From: a phage
DNA length: 64,000 nucleotides
Assembly: GCA_012401045.1 (NCBI GenBank)
Contig: GCA_012401045.1_4704.2
Direction: 5' to 3' (one strand)
Positions 9,592 through 19,340 of this stretch are shown piece by piece. The position numbers and the translations under genes were made by a program. The notes beneath the pieces are model-generated. The model ran no database searches, was not told the origin of the DNA, and saw nothing but the letters and a program-made list of their open reading frames with translations. How positions within the stretch are numbered: position 1 is the stretch's first letter; every line of letters starts with the position of its first letter.

Positions 9592-11028
9592 TTACTTTTT
9601 CGATGACGCTTTCTCAAGAATCTTGAAAAAGGTCATACCTATACCGACAACGGCCGCGGTTATGCTCGCAGCGGCTTTCCAAACATCGACGTTACGTTGA
9701 CGTCGCGCTTCTTCCGCTTCACGTTGTCTTTTTGCCTCTTCATCACGTCGACGTATCTCAGCAGCAAACTCGTCGTGCTTACGTTTGGATTCTTCGTCTC
9801 GACGACGAAGTTCAGCGACGAATTCTTCATGTTTGCGTTTAGCCTCGTCGTCACGACGTTTTAAATCAGCTTGATAATCTTCGTGTATTTGTCTACGTAG
9901 ATCATCTTGACGCTTCATTTCGGCTTGGTGTTGTTCCATCCTACGTTTTTGTTCGTCTTTAAGCTGATCGAGTTCGGCTTTATGTTGTTCATCGCGCAGC
10001 TTTGCGTCGGCGCGATGCGCCTCATGCATCTGTGAGATAACTGCCTTGTGTTCATCCGCCATACGTCGCATTTCAGCCATCACCCCTTTAAGGGTTTCTT
10101 CTGATGCCTTACGTTCGTAGCTACGTTGGTCGAAATCATTTTTGTAGGCTTCTTTTTGGATGGGGTCGCGCCAATGCAATGCCGATTCACGTGTCGGAAA
10201 AACATTGTACTTCCACATCTCTTTTTCCAAATCTTCGACCGGTACGAAGATGGAGTCATTATTCCCGAAGGTAACCAACATGCCTGGCGCGCCTGCTCCA
10301 TTCGTTGGTTTTATTTCGAACGCTTTCCCCAACACGTTAACCCATAAGCTATACGGATTATGAAAGTCGGGCGGCGTCCAATGGATAGTGAGTTGCGTTC
10401 CGAGAATCCGGAAACCCTCTGTTTTTCCCGTCAAGCTCCGCGCGCACGTTGCGATGTAGGGGTGATCAATCCCTTTCGTAACGTGGTCTGCGCTTTTGTA
10501 TTCTCCTTTAACTTTTACGATTGCCACGTTGATTTGCGCGACATAAGCGGGTTGATTAAAGTTCAACGTGTTGAGGTCAATTTGACATATTTCATCCAGC
10601 GTATCGTACCAGTCTTGCTGGTCTAATAGACGCGGCATTTTCTCTGTGTTAACAATACGACGGATATGCGGTTTCCTTATCGCGTAACCTGTACCGTTTT
10701 TAACACGGAGTATATCCCGACGTCTACCCGCGTAGACGAAGTTTCTGAATGCACCATTCGCATTAGATACGTCATGGCTGTCAACTATTACAGGACTACG
10801 AAATTTTGAACGTCGTACGATCCTGAATGTATTGCCGTCCTCAACCCTACCAGGAATGTACTGGAACATATTGTCGGAGGTGATAACCAACACGGTATGG
10901 CCAGATTCATTAATACATGCCCATCCTAATTCCAGGTCATATAACGGTTCAGCATAACCGTCAATGCGATAAGCGTGCGTACCATCCCACGGTTCGAACG
11001 CGGTATCACATATTGGCATGGAGGGCAT
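9592..11028 (-). CDS. hypothetical protein with E-R/K-rich repeat helix and C-terminal transmembrane anchor
   Basis: ORF track; start moved to ATG after GGAGG; about 2.5 tandem 16-aa repeats (RRRDEExKRKHEEFxAEL); terminal hydrophobic AAASITAAVVGIGMTFFKIL followed by KK. Confidence 0.85.
   Translation of the reverse strand: MPSMPICDTAFEPWDGTHAYRIDGYAEPLYDLELGWACINESGHTVLVITSDNMFQYIPGRVEDGNTFRIVRRSKFRSPVIVDSHDVSNANGAFRNFVYAGRRRDILRVKNGTGYAIRKPHIRRIVNTEKMPRLLDQQDWYDTLDEICQIDLNTLNFNQPAYVAQINVAIVKVKGEYKSADHVTKGIDHPYIATCARSLTGKTEGFRILGTQLTIHWTPPDFHNPYSLWVNVLGKAFEIKPTNGAGAPGMLVTFGNNDSIFVPVEDLEKEMWKYNVFPTRESALHWRDPIQKEAYKNDFDQRSYERKASEETLKGVMAEMRRMADEHKAVISQMHEAHRADAKLRDEQHKAELDQLKDEQKRRMEQHQAEMKRQDDLRRQIHEDYQADLKRRDDEAKRKHEEFVAELRRRDEESKRKHDEFAAEIRRRDEEAKRQREAEEARRQRNVDVWKAAASITAAVVGIGMTFFKILEKASSKK
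9690..9860 (-). repeat. imperfect in-frame tandem repeats (~48 nt units) encoding the E-R/K-rich helix
   Basis: Repeated cgacg/cttcat-containing units visible in DNA; repeated KRKHEEF motifs in protein. Confidence 0.6.
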
Positions 11029-11177
11029 CGTCAACCTCCATCAGATTGAAAACTATCACGCATAATACATTTCCCTTTTCTTGTTCTTATCGAGCCGACA
11101 GCCGACGGTTTCAGCATCGTTCCTAGCGCGAGAACGACCTTACGTGTTGTCTATGCCTTATTCATCGCAGGCGTCTG

Positions 11178-11197
11178 TCACCTAGGTAATGTAAGCG
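11178..11197 (-). promoter_or_regulatory. conserved TCACCTAGGTAATGTA box (third, partial copy of the cassette at 19341 and 56566)
   Basis: Near-identical 15-20 nt block shared with 19361-19380 and 56586-56605; lies upstream (minus-strand sense) of CDS 9592-11028. Confidence 0.3.
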
Positions 11198-11228
11198 TCA
11201 AATTTTTTCTATTCGCAACGATAAACGG

Positions 11229-11276
11229 CATAGAAACCTCCCCCAACCCTTGCGGGCTGAGGGAGGCTGACTTATG
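11229..11276 (-). terminator. GC-rich extended stem-loop, family member b (CATA ... TATG flanks)
   Basis: CCTCCCCC / GAGGGAGG arms with inner CCC-TTGC-GGG; ~90 nt 3' of capsid gene stop. Confidence 0.45.
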
Positions 11277-11365
11277 TATCACGGTGCCGGATGAATGTCC
11301 GGTGCAATGAAACCATCCGCAACGTTGTCATCAAGAATATCATCCAACGAAGCAGCTACGGTAGT

Positions 11366-13588
11366 TCAGTTAGTCTGAACCGGCAGCTTGATGTTTTCAG
11401 TGTAGACCTTACGCAGGTTCACAACGTTAATCAGACCCAGCAGCGGGCAGTTGTTAACGAAGCGGCAGCGCGGCTGAACCATGGTTTCTTTAGAAACCTG
11501 ACCGTTACGGGTAACCTGAGCAACAGATACCAGTTCCGGTACGTACAGGAACATACCGAAGGTCAGCGGATCCGGAGAACCCTGGATACCACGAGACAGG
11601 GTCACGAAGATCTTATCGCGCAGCATGACGTTCGGGTTATCTACAACCACGAAGTTGAAGCTTACACCGACGGTACGGAAATCGCCATCGGTCTGCAGGA
11701 ACTGCGGGATGTAGTTGTCAGTTGCTACTACGCAACGCGGTTTCTCATCGGCGTTGGAAGACAGCAGCTGCAGAGCTGGCTGATAACCAGACTCGGAGTA
11801 CATGCGGTATGCCATCTCACGAATCACGTTCATGATCGCAGCAGACACTTCAGCACGACGTTCTGCAGTGGTGGTACCCTGAACAGATTTCTCCAGGTCC
11901 AGATTGATTTCTTCGAACCACGGACGGATCAGGTAACGACCGAAACCTTCGATCTGGATGTCACCGAACTGACGGAAGCGAGAGGTCGCAACCGCTTTCA
12001 GTGCGTCTTTGTAGCTGAACAGTTTCTCAACCATCAGGTTGTCGAAACGTGCGTTAGCAGCTTGGATCAGAACGTCCAGGTCAGCAGCGTTTTCTTCCCA
12101 ATCCAGCGGACGAGGAATGGAGAACGGAGCCAGCAGGCCGATTGCGTAACGTTCTTGCTTCATGTTGAAGTCAAGGTGCTTACCGCGTTCACGACGGTTG
12201 CTGTTGTTACGGCGGATACGCAGTTCGTAACCAACCAGTTTGAAGCTCAGGTCTTCAGCCAGTTGTTTGAACTCTTCGCTCTTACGCGGTTGTTCGATGT
12301 TGTCCTGATCAACCAGGCGATACAGTTCAGCGTTAGCGCCGTTAACACGCAGACCCGCTTTCTCTACGTTGGAAGAACCGTAAACTTCGATCGCCAGCTG
12401 AGCAGCAGATTTCGCATCGATGATGTCCTGCAGCGCTTCGGCTTTCGCACCTTTAACGTCTTTGGTGTTCTCATCAACGAAGATGGAGTGGGTGTCGAAC
12501 GCCAGGGTCATTTTGCGGAAGTCGCCTTCCAGGGATTTCTGGAAACCGTTGGTGATCAGACCAGATACGTCGAACGGTACGTAAGAGGTTTTGCTGTGCT
12601 TGGTAGATTTGATTTCCACCAGGATTTTGGTCAGCGTGATCTGGGCGTCCAGCGCGTCGGTGTTGTCGCTATAACCGTTAGCCAGGATGCTATCGTCTTC
12701 AGCGATACCGATCATGTCGATCAGTTTATCAACAGCCAGGTAAGACGTTTTATAAGTTACGCCTTTAATTTCGATGTCGCGCGGAGCAACGATAGCTTTG
12801 TCAACGAAGTACTGCGCGTTAGCATCGTCAGCACGATAGATCGGATGCAGATCGGTCACGTCGTTGGACAGAACGTCGTTGTACATGAACGCATCCAGCA
12901 GCGGACGACGTACCCAATCAGCCGGAGTACCGTCGGCGTTACGACGCAGGTGGTTGAACACCAGCGGACGACGGAAAGATACGTCGTAACCGATCTGGTT
13001 CGGAGCCAGAACGATGGTGTTGTACAGTTCGTTACCCATGCGGCTCAGACGAGAAGCCTTCACGTTGAACACAACGGAGTACGGCATCATGTCACGCAGT
13101 TCTTTCTGGTCGTAGGACAGCTGAACCAGTTCTTCAGATTCGCAACCGCAGGAATCAGCAGCCATCATGACGAAGTTAGAGCTGTCAACTTCACGGCCAG
13201 ACGGAGTGGTGCTGATGTTCATGGAACGTGCTTGTTTAGCATATTCCACCGGGTTACCATGAGCCAGCATGATCAGTGCTGCTGCACGAGCCTGCTGTGC
13301 GTTCATGGTGAACAGCTGTTCTTCAATACGCTGCTTCTCTTCCGGAGTGGTGGTTTCGAAGCCCAGCATGGACAGAACCGGTTCTTCTGCTTTACGGATG
13401 TCGCTGCTGAAGCTCTTAACATCCATTTCGTTAACCAGTTTGTCCATGGATTTGAAATCAACCTTAGAAGCAGATTCCATAGACAGGAAGGTGTTCTCCA
13501 GACCTTTGTCTGCTGGTTTGCTACCATTAGCGGTCAGGAACTGGCGAGTGGCCGCGACCTGTTGGCTAAGAAGGGTTTTATCATTCAT
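11366..13588 (-). CDS. major capsid protein candidate (740 aa, jumbo-phage size class)
   Basis: ORF track; size typical of phiKZ-like capsid proteins (~740-750 aa); very strong highly-expressed codon bias (ctg, cgt, ggt, aac); AAGGAT RBS; followed by stem-loop b. Confidence 0.7.
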   Translation of the reverse strand: MNDKTLLSQQVAATRQFLTANGSKPADKGLENTFLSMESASKVDFKSMDKLVNEMDVKSFSSDIRKAEEPVLSMLGFETTTPEEKQRIEEQLFTMNAQQARAAALIMLAHGNPVEYAKQARSMNISTTPSGREVDSSNFVMMAADSCGCESEELVQLSYDQKELRDMMPYSVVFNVKASRLSRMGNELYNTIVLAPNQIGYDVSFRRPLVFNHLRRNADGTPADWVRRPLLDAFMYNDVLSNDVTDLHPIYRADDANAQYFVDKAIVAPRDIEIKGVTYKTSYLAVDKLIDMIGIAEDDSILANGYSDNTDALDAQITLTKILVEIKSTKHSKTSYVPFDVSGLITNGFQKSLEGDFRKMTLAFDTHSIFVDENTKDVKGAKAEALQDIIDAKSAAQLAIEVYGSSNVEKAGLRVNGANAELYRLVDQDNIEQPRKSEEFKQLAEDLSFKLVGYELRIRRNNSNRRERGKHLDFNMKQERYAIGLLAPFSIPRPLDWEENAADLDVLIQAANARFDNLMVEKLFSYKDALKAVATSRFRQFGDIQIEGFGRYLIRPWFEEINLDLEKSVQGTTTAERRAEVSAAIMNVIREMAYRMYSESGYQPALQLLSSNADEKPRCVVATDNYIPQFLQTDGDFRTVGVSFNFVVVDNPNVMLRDKIFVTLSRGIQGSPDPLTFGMFLYVPELVSVAQVTRNGQVSKETMVQPRCRFVNNCPLLGLINVVNLRKVYTENIKLPVQTN

Positions 13589-13737
13589 TGAAAGTATCCT
13601 TTACAGAATTAACTTATATAAGTCGGTCGATAGACCATAGCGTACACGCGTGCATGCGCCACTATAGTATCAGTAAACACTTACCGTTATTGAGGTCGTG
13701 ATACAACACTAAAAATGCCGCATAACTTTTCCCTACG

Positions 13738-14358
13738 TCATAAACGACGCAGGCGATAATGGATGGAACGATTGGTGCAATATGAACGGAACAGCGGCAA
13801 TTGCGCAACTTCCGCAAGACTCATATTAATTCGCAGGTGTTCAATAACGGCGCTGTAGTTATCAGCAATACGATCGCTCAATAACTCTTCTGCCAATAAA
13901 GGAAGACAATCGACAACAATCGCGATCACATCCTCATTAACATAACGCACCCGAACACTCAACGGACGTTTGTCTGGGCTGTAAGTTGGATCCGCCAAAC
14001 GACGTTCAATATCACGCGGATAGCTCGTCAGTAAATGGTAATAACCATTGTCATAACGATTGATGTACTCACACAGCACATCAACATTCTTCTCTGGCGG
14101 CAAACCTGTTTCGTCATAGTGATACGCAAACATACCACCAAGCAGGTTGTTAAGATGAACCGCAGGGTTCGCTTGTTCGTGTTCTTTCGTGATGAAGAAA
14201 GGCACATTTTGAGCTGCGAAATAAAAACCTACATCATTGGGCGATAGTATGCCGAAAAGACTTTTAGGGTCTAATAACACCTGTAAGTCATCACGCGCAT
14301 TTCGAATAATCGCGTGTTCTACCCAATTCGGAACGACGAGATATCGGAGTTCCTTCAT
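13738..14358 (-). CDS. hypothetical protein (206 aa)
   Basis: ORF track; AAAGAGG RBS. Confidence 0.8.
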   Translation of the reverse strand: MKELRYLVVPNWVEHAIIRNARDDLQVLLDPKSLFGILSPNDVGFYFAAQNVPFFITKEHEQANPAVHLNNLLGGMFAYHYDETGLPPEKNVDVLCEYINRYDNGYYHLLTSYPRDIERRLADPTYSPDKRPLSVRVRYVNEDVIAIVVDCLPLLAEELLSDRIADNYSAVIEHLRINMSLAEVAQLPLFRSYCTNRSIHYRLRRL

Positions 14359-14397
14359 TATGATTACCTCTTTGCAAGTATCGAAAGGATTGAGTCG

Positions 14398-16008
14398 ATG
14401 GACCCAAAACAGATAGCCATTAAGATTATTACGTTACTGTTTCGTAATGCACAATTGAACCATCCCGATCCCAGTACGATCGAACATGTTAAATCCGTCT
14501 TAGATAAAGTCGAACCCCCGAAAAACCATCTCGCTACAGACGTAGATAGAGAGGTTTTCAACAACCTGATGAATACCATTCATTGGATGTTGGAACAACC
14601 ATTATCGGAACCTTTCGATAAACAACAGTTGTTACAAAGGATACGTTTGGATTGCCTTGAACAAAGCAATCTTTACGAGATTCTTGCCGACGGACTGTAC
14701 GATATCGAAGACGACGCTCATATCAGTAAGGTCTGTTCACTCTATTACAACGAATTACGTAATCTGATTACCCGTCGTCGTGTTTTCGAAACCTTTAGAA
14801 ACACGTACATGGATATCAGTAACGGGCGACTTGGGGATAAAGAATTTTTCGATGCAATGGCGAATCTGAAATTATCGCTAGACAGTATCGAAATGGATAC
14901 CGAAAATCCCGAAGAGATGTCGTGTATGATTGACGGCTTTATCGCTGACAGCGAAGACGATATCGAGAAAGTCGAACGTATGTTCGTCAAAGCGATGGAA
15001 CGTAACAGTCCTGAAGGTGGATTTGTAACCGGCTGGCAAGGCTTTAATAAAATGTTGGGGTCGGTCGGCGTTTTACGTCGCGGTACCTTAGGACTGATCG
15101 GTGCAATGCAGCACCGGAACAAGTCAGGCGTGTTGTTAAAACTGTTCACACATCTGGCATTGTACAACAAACCCCATTTCTTTTTCCCGGAGCGAGCAAA
15201 GAAAGCATTACTGATTCATTTGTCGACAGAAAACGAAGTGGAAGAAAACACGCTTCAGATATACAAGAACATGCGAGAACAGGAAACAGGCGAATATGTC
15301 GATATTCGTAAGATTGACCCTCGCGAGGCATCACGTTATGTGTTGAAGGTGTTCAACGATGCGGGTTTCTCTGTTTGTATGCGTCGTGTTGATGGGATGA
15401 GTTATAAACAACTCGCTAATCTCATCGACCATTTCGAACGCATGGGTTATGAAGTCATGGCGTTGTTCATTGACTATCTGAAAATGTTCTCATCGGAAGG
15501 GTTGGATAGAAATGGACCGACCGGCGCATGGCTCCAAGAACTCTTCAACAAAGTACGTAACCTCTGCAGCGTCAAACGTATTTTAGGTATGACTGTACAC
15601 CAGCTGTCATCCGATGCGAAGATGCGTGCGCGTGATGGTAACGATGAAGAGTTTGTTGACCAGGTCGCAGGTTTAAGTTACTGGGATGGTTGTAAAGGGA
15701 TCGACCGTGAGATTGACCTTGAAGTGATTGTTGATATCGTTAAGGAGCCGGGCAAACGTCAAAGCTGGCAGGTCTTTGCGTTAGGGAAAGACCGTCAACC
15801 GGATAACGGTTCAACGAAACCTGAAGACAAACATTTCGCGATGCCATTCCAAACCATCGGGATGCTTCCTGATGATTACGGTAAGAAAGCAGTATATTGC
15901 CGCAAGGTTGGCGGACAACCTGTCTCCGAGGGAGGTAAAGGTCCGTGGAACAAGTTCGATGAAAACGCAGCACCGAGTAATGAATTACAATTTGATTTAG
16001 AATTTTAA
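14398..16008 (+). CDS. DnaB-like replicative helicase (RecA-like domain) with atypical P-loop
   Basis: Start moved to ATG after AAGGA; motifs LIGAMQHRNKSG (Walker A-like, N in place of G), MALFIDYLKMF (DnaB H2 / Walker B, compare IDYLQLM), VHQLSSDAK (compare SQLNR). Confidence 0.6.
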   Translation: MDPKQIAIKIITLLFRNAQLNHPDPSTIEHVKSVLDKVEPPKNHLATDVDREVFNNLMNTIHWMLEQPLSEPFDKQQLLQRIRLDCLEQSNLYEILADGLYDIEDDAHISKVCSLYYNELRNLITRRRVFETFRNTYMDISNGRLGDKEFFDAMANLKLSLDSIEMDTENPEEMSCMIDGFIADSEDDIEKVERMFVKAMERNSPEGGFVTGWQGFNKMLGSVGVLRRGTLGLIGAMQHRNKSGVLLKLFTHLALYNKPHFFFPERAKKALLIHLSTENEVEENTLQIYKNMREQETGEYVDIRKIDPREASRYVLKVFNDAGFSVCMRRVDGMSYKQLANLIDHFERMGYEVMALFIDYLKMFSSEGLDRNGPTGAWLQELFNKVRNLCSVKRILGMTVHQLSSDAKMRARDGNDEEFVDQVAGLSYWDGCKGIDREIDLEVIVDIVKEPGKRQSWQVFALGKDRQPDNGSTKPEDKHFAMPFQTIGMLPDDYGKKAVYCRKVGGQPVSEGGKGPWNKFDENAAPSNELQFDLEF

Positions 16009-16012
16009 ACGC

Positions 16013-16025
16013 AAAAAAAAAAAAA
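16013..16025 (+). repeat. A13 homopolymer between helicase stop and stem-loop c
   Basis: 13 consecutive A; on the minus strand this is a U13 tract about 12 nt after the hairpin. Confidence 0.8.
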
Positions 16026-16037
16026 GATTGTACGGTT

Positions 16038-16075
16038 CCCTCCTCCAACCCGTAAGGGAAGGAGGAAGGTTTATG
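16038..16075 (-). terminator. GC-rich extended stem-loop, family member c
   Basis: CCCTCCTCC-AA-CCC-GTAA-GGG-AA-GGAGGAAGG then TTTATGACCGC; convergent gene ends on both sides. Confidence 0.5.
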
Positions 16076-16085
16076 ACCGCTTTGA

Positions 16086-16412
16086 TTAACTTATTGTCAT
16101 GAATTCATTAGGTGAAAATTTCCAGCCGTTCTCAGTGAGAAGCGTGTTGAGTTTTGCCGCAACGATAAGCCATGCATGCATGGCCGTTACATCGTATTGG
16201 CGATTCACTCGACGTTGGTTTTCGATATTGATTTGCTCCTGTTCAGTGATGTTTGGATAAAGTGCGATAGCGCTAGGTTTACCCAGCGCGCTAGTCATCA
16301 CCGCCGTACATTCACTGATAATGTTGTTTAAGTGGTAGTTATACACCGTTCCACGCATGACGCGATGACGGCATTCGATAATAGCGTCGTAAATGATTTC
16401 TCGAGTAATCAT
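16086..16412 (-). CDS. hypothetical protein (108 aa)
   Basis: ORF track. Confidence 0.7.
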   Translation of the reverse strand: MITREIIYDAIIECRHRVMRGTVYNYHLNNIISECTAVMTSALGKPSAIALYPNITEQEQINIENQRRVNRQYDVTAMHAWLIVAAKLNTLLTENGWKFSPNEFMTIS

Positions 16413-16418
16413 GATAAT

Positions 16419-16820
16419 TTAAAACATACGGTCGTTTTTAGCACGGGCGTCCATTACCAGATCGTAGATGCCTGCGGTTCGTAAGCACTCTTCGTAGTAA
16501 CGATGTGTGCCTTCCTCAGCCATCCACGATAACCCTCGGCTATCCGCAACGATAACCAGTTTGTTATTGTTGAACGCACACACCACACGGTAGGTCGCGT
16601 TGTTATTCGGATCGCGAGTGATAAGTTCGTAAACGCCGTTAACAGGTTTACTGAATTCGCCGTTTAACGGAACGAGTTCGGTAGTACCTTCAGCAAACGT
16701 TACGTTGATCGGTGATGGGTCTTTAGCGATAACAGTATATTCCACATTGTGTTCTTTACTGGTCATAATACCGAAGTAAGAACTCACAGGGGAACGCGGT
16801 ACACTAAGAATATTAAACAT
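16419..16820 (-). CDS. hypothetical protein (133 aa)
   Basis: ORF track. Confidence 0.7.
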   Translation of the reverse strand: MFNILSVPRSPVSSYFGIMTSKEHNVEYTVIAKDPSPINVTFAEGTTELVPLNGEFSKPVNGVYELITRDPNNNATYRVVCAFNNNKLVIVADSRGLSWMAEEGTHRYYEECLRTAGIYDLVMDARAKNDRMF

Positions 16821-16889
16821 AAATGTTGTCCTCTTAATTGGATTTAGATTGTTGGGTATGTGATTGGAAATGAAAACGTTGTTTCGGTT

Positions 16890-17459
16890 TTAGACGATGA
16901 GTGACCAGGTGGTAAGCACCCCACTTGCGAATTCGAGCTTAAGACGTTTACCGATAAGTTGTTGCTGGATCATCTTCTCGGTGATACGTCGATCATGCTG
17001 AACCGCTTTATCAAACGCTTCTTTCGCTTCAGCTTGGTAGAAGTTCGTTTCTTCGTTTTCGTCGATCTCTTCGAGAGCATCGTCGTCGATGTCAGCAAGT
17101 TTCACTCGACCGTTTTCATCAGGTTGTTCTGCAGGTTCATTGTCATACGGCGTGTCTTTTGTTGGTGCGACACGATGTTGCAACTCGACCTGCGTTAACA
17201 TGATCTCCATCTCACCATCGATAGGAATGATTTCATCGGCGCTGCCGTTTTCGGTCAGCTCGCGACTTTCCAGTAATGTCGTCGTAACAGAGAACACCTC
17301 TTCAACAGGAACCTCATCATCGTCGATGGTGTTAACCGTGTTGCTGGTAACTTCAGCAACAACCATCAAATCAAATGCGTGAGGGTCACCTGGCATTTTG
17401 ATTCCTGGAAGTTTGTTGAGGTACCAAGGATCAAGAATCATGATTTCTGGATTAAACAT
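16890..17459 (-). CDS. hypothetical acidic protein (189 aa)
   Basis: ORF track. Confidence 0.7.
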   Translation of the reverse strand: MFNPEIMILDPWYLNKLPGIKMPGDPHAFDLMVVAEVTSNTVNTIDDDEVPVEEVFSVTTTLLESRELTENGSADEIIPIDGEMEIMLTQVELQHRVAPTKDTPYDNEPAEQPDENGRVKLADIDDDALEEIDENEETNFYQAEAKEAFDKAVQHDRRITEKMIQQQLIGKRLKLEFASGVLTTWSLIV

Positions 17460-17535
17460 CGTATTTTACCTTTCTATGTTAGGTGGATTTCGGATAGAAG
17501 AATCAATGCATAAACTAATTTAAGTTTGTTAAGGT

Positions 17536-18438
17536 TTACTTAGCCTTTGAGTTATACGGACTAACATGTTGTTGTACTCGTTGGATTGTATCGTAGTACG
17601 GGTTAAGTTGATTGAACATGTTGTTGTGTGGGTGATAGCCATATGGCGCATTTTGCCTTGTTGGTGAGAAACCTTGTTGAGAAGGACGGTTTGAATTAAC
17701 CGCGAGTACGTAGTAAACCAAATTTTGGCGGTCGAACGTTCCTTCGTTTTTGAAGGTGTCGGCGTAGGCGCTTACCGCTGGAGCGAGCCTATCACCATCG
17801 GTTGTAATGATTGTGCCATCGGGATAAACTTCCCGAACGACGCACCATGTTCCGATGAGAACATCTTTGGGTGATGTATTACCGTATCCGGTTGTAACGG
17901 TAAGGTAAGTATCGAACCCTTCAGAACAACAAGGATGACGATAGATGGGTCCTGTCATTTCCAGTCTATCGGTGTCACCGCATTTCTCTATTGAGAGCGA
18001 TGATGTGTCGGTTTTGAAATTGTCAAATTCTTTCTTTAAGTCGATTACGGGTTCTTTCGTATAGTACTTCTTGATTGCTTTGACGTAAAGATCGGGAACG
18101 GTTGTCAGCAATCCGTTATACCTGATTCTCAGGTTTTCGAGTAATCCAAAGATGCTCGCGCATGCCTGTTCGCGAGGTTTTGTAAGATAAGAGATCCCCC
18201 CAGGAACGCTGGGATCTTTGAGAAAGAAGATTGCGTTATTGTCGTTGTGCGATGCGTTGAAGAAAACGATTGATTCGATATATACGGAGCATAGGCTGTC
18301 GTTGGCGTCGTCAGATAACACCCAGATGCACTCATCGGTCGTCTTGTTTAAAAGTTCTGTTTTGTCGACCAAACGTTGTTTCATTGCGAGGAAATGTGCC
18401 TGTTGTTCAGCGGATAATTCACGATAAATGGTGGTCAT
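17536..18438 (-). CDS. hypothetical protein (300 aa), paralog of 18524-19306
   Basis: ORF track; shared block PIYRHPCCSEGFDTYLTVTTGYG...REVYPDGTI versus PIYVHPECHTTYDRYLTITGGVA...REIYPDGRI. Confidence 0.8.
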   Translation of the reverse strand: MTTIYRELSAEQQAHFLAMKQRLVDKTELLNKTTDECIWVLSDDANDSLCSVYIESIVFFNASHNDNNAIFFLKDPSVPGGISYLTKPREQACASIFGLLENLRIRYNGLLTTVPDLYVKAIKKYYTKEPVIDLKKEFDNFKTDTSSLSIEKCGDTDRLEMTGPIYRHPCCSEGFDTYLTVTTGYGNTSPKDVLIGTWCVVREVYPDGTIITTDGDRLAPAVSAYADTFKNEGTFDRQNLVYYVLAVNSNRPSQQGFSPTRQNAPYGYHPHNNMFNQLNPYYDTIQRVQQHVSPYNSKAK

Positions 18439-18523
18439 GTTGAGCTCCTTGATTACGATAAGGATGATTGCGGTTTTGTGGTGTTGGTAGGGCCCTAAAC
18501 AAATGAACCCTACTAATATTAGG

Positions 18524-19306
18524 TTAATCGGGATCGGCGTAGAAATGGTGAGGATAGCCGGAGTACGATCCCGCGTTACCGGTTATGGATTCTTTCTGGG
18601 AATCGACGACGAGTGCATAGAACTGTCGGGAATTTGTTAGCGTTGAGAAATAAGAGGAAAGGACTTTTTCATTCAACGCATCGCAAGGTAGACAGGTGCG
18701 ACCGCAAAACGTCACGATACGGCCGTCAGGATAGATCTCACGAATCATTCTCCACTCGCCAATATCGACTGGTGATGGCGCTGCTACACCACCTGTTATC
18801 GTTAAGTAACGATCGTACGTGGTATGGCATTCAGGATGAACGTAAATCGGTTGGGCATCAATACTATCGTTTTCTGTTTGATCTTTATTCACGTATACCT
18901 CAAGGTAGATTGTTGGTAACCCGGTTAGAACGCCAGTGTCACGACGTTTTTTGGTAATCCGGGGACGGATATTATCGAGCACGCCTTCCAGTTTTTCTGC
19001 GACTTCGTCAGCCGGTAATATATACCCGTATGTTGGTTCTGGGTCATCACCGTGGCTAAATAAGATACGACAGTCGTTTTTATTAAATTCTATATCTTCA
19101 GGTGGGAAGATGATGACGCGAACCGTATGGCGTTCTGCGATATAAAATCCTTCAGGCCCCTCAGTTTTGGTAAGTGTAAAGGACCAGGATGAATGATCTT
19201 CAAGTGACGTGCCTGCCAGGAAAAAGTCCGCCCGAATTGGTGCGTTCCATTTCGCGATCATATTGGCGTGACCAATAACGCCTAATTTTTGATAAATATC
19301 TGTCAT
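18524..19306 (-). CDS. hypothetical protein (260 aa), paralog of 17536-18438
   Basis: ORF track; GAGGA RBS; promoter/operator-like cassette immediately upstream. Confidence 0.8.
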   Translation of the reverse strand: MTDIYQKLGVIGHANMIAKWNAPIRADFFLAGTSLEDHSSWSFTLTKTEGPEGFYIAERHTVRVIIFPPEDIEFNKNDCRILFSHGDDPEPTYGYILPADEVAEKLEGVLDNIRPRITKKRRDTGVLTGLPTIYLEVYVNKDQTENDSIDAQPIYVHPECHTTYDRYLTITGGVAAPSPVDIGEWRMIREIYPDGRIVTFCGRTCLPCDALNEKVLSSYFSTLTNSRQFYALVVDSQKESITGNAGSYSGYPHHFYADPD

Positions 19307-19340
19307 GATTGTATCCTCGGTTATTAAGAGAATTTACAAC

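Noticed and set aside
11291-13591. 766-aa plus-strand ORF antisense to the capsid gene
   Set aside because: Low-complexity, Val/Arg/Phe-rich translation with no RBS; fully overlaps the strongly codon-biased minus-strand gene, so it is most likely a codon-bias artifact
18439-18523. Hairpin GTAGGG-N15-CCCTAC between paralog genes
   Set aside because: Short stem, long loop and no conserved flanks; not a member of the hairpin family
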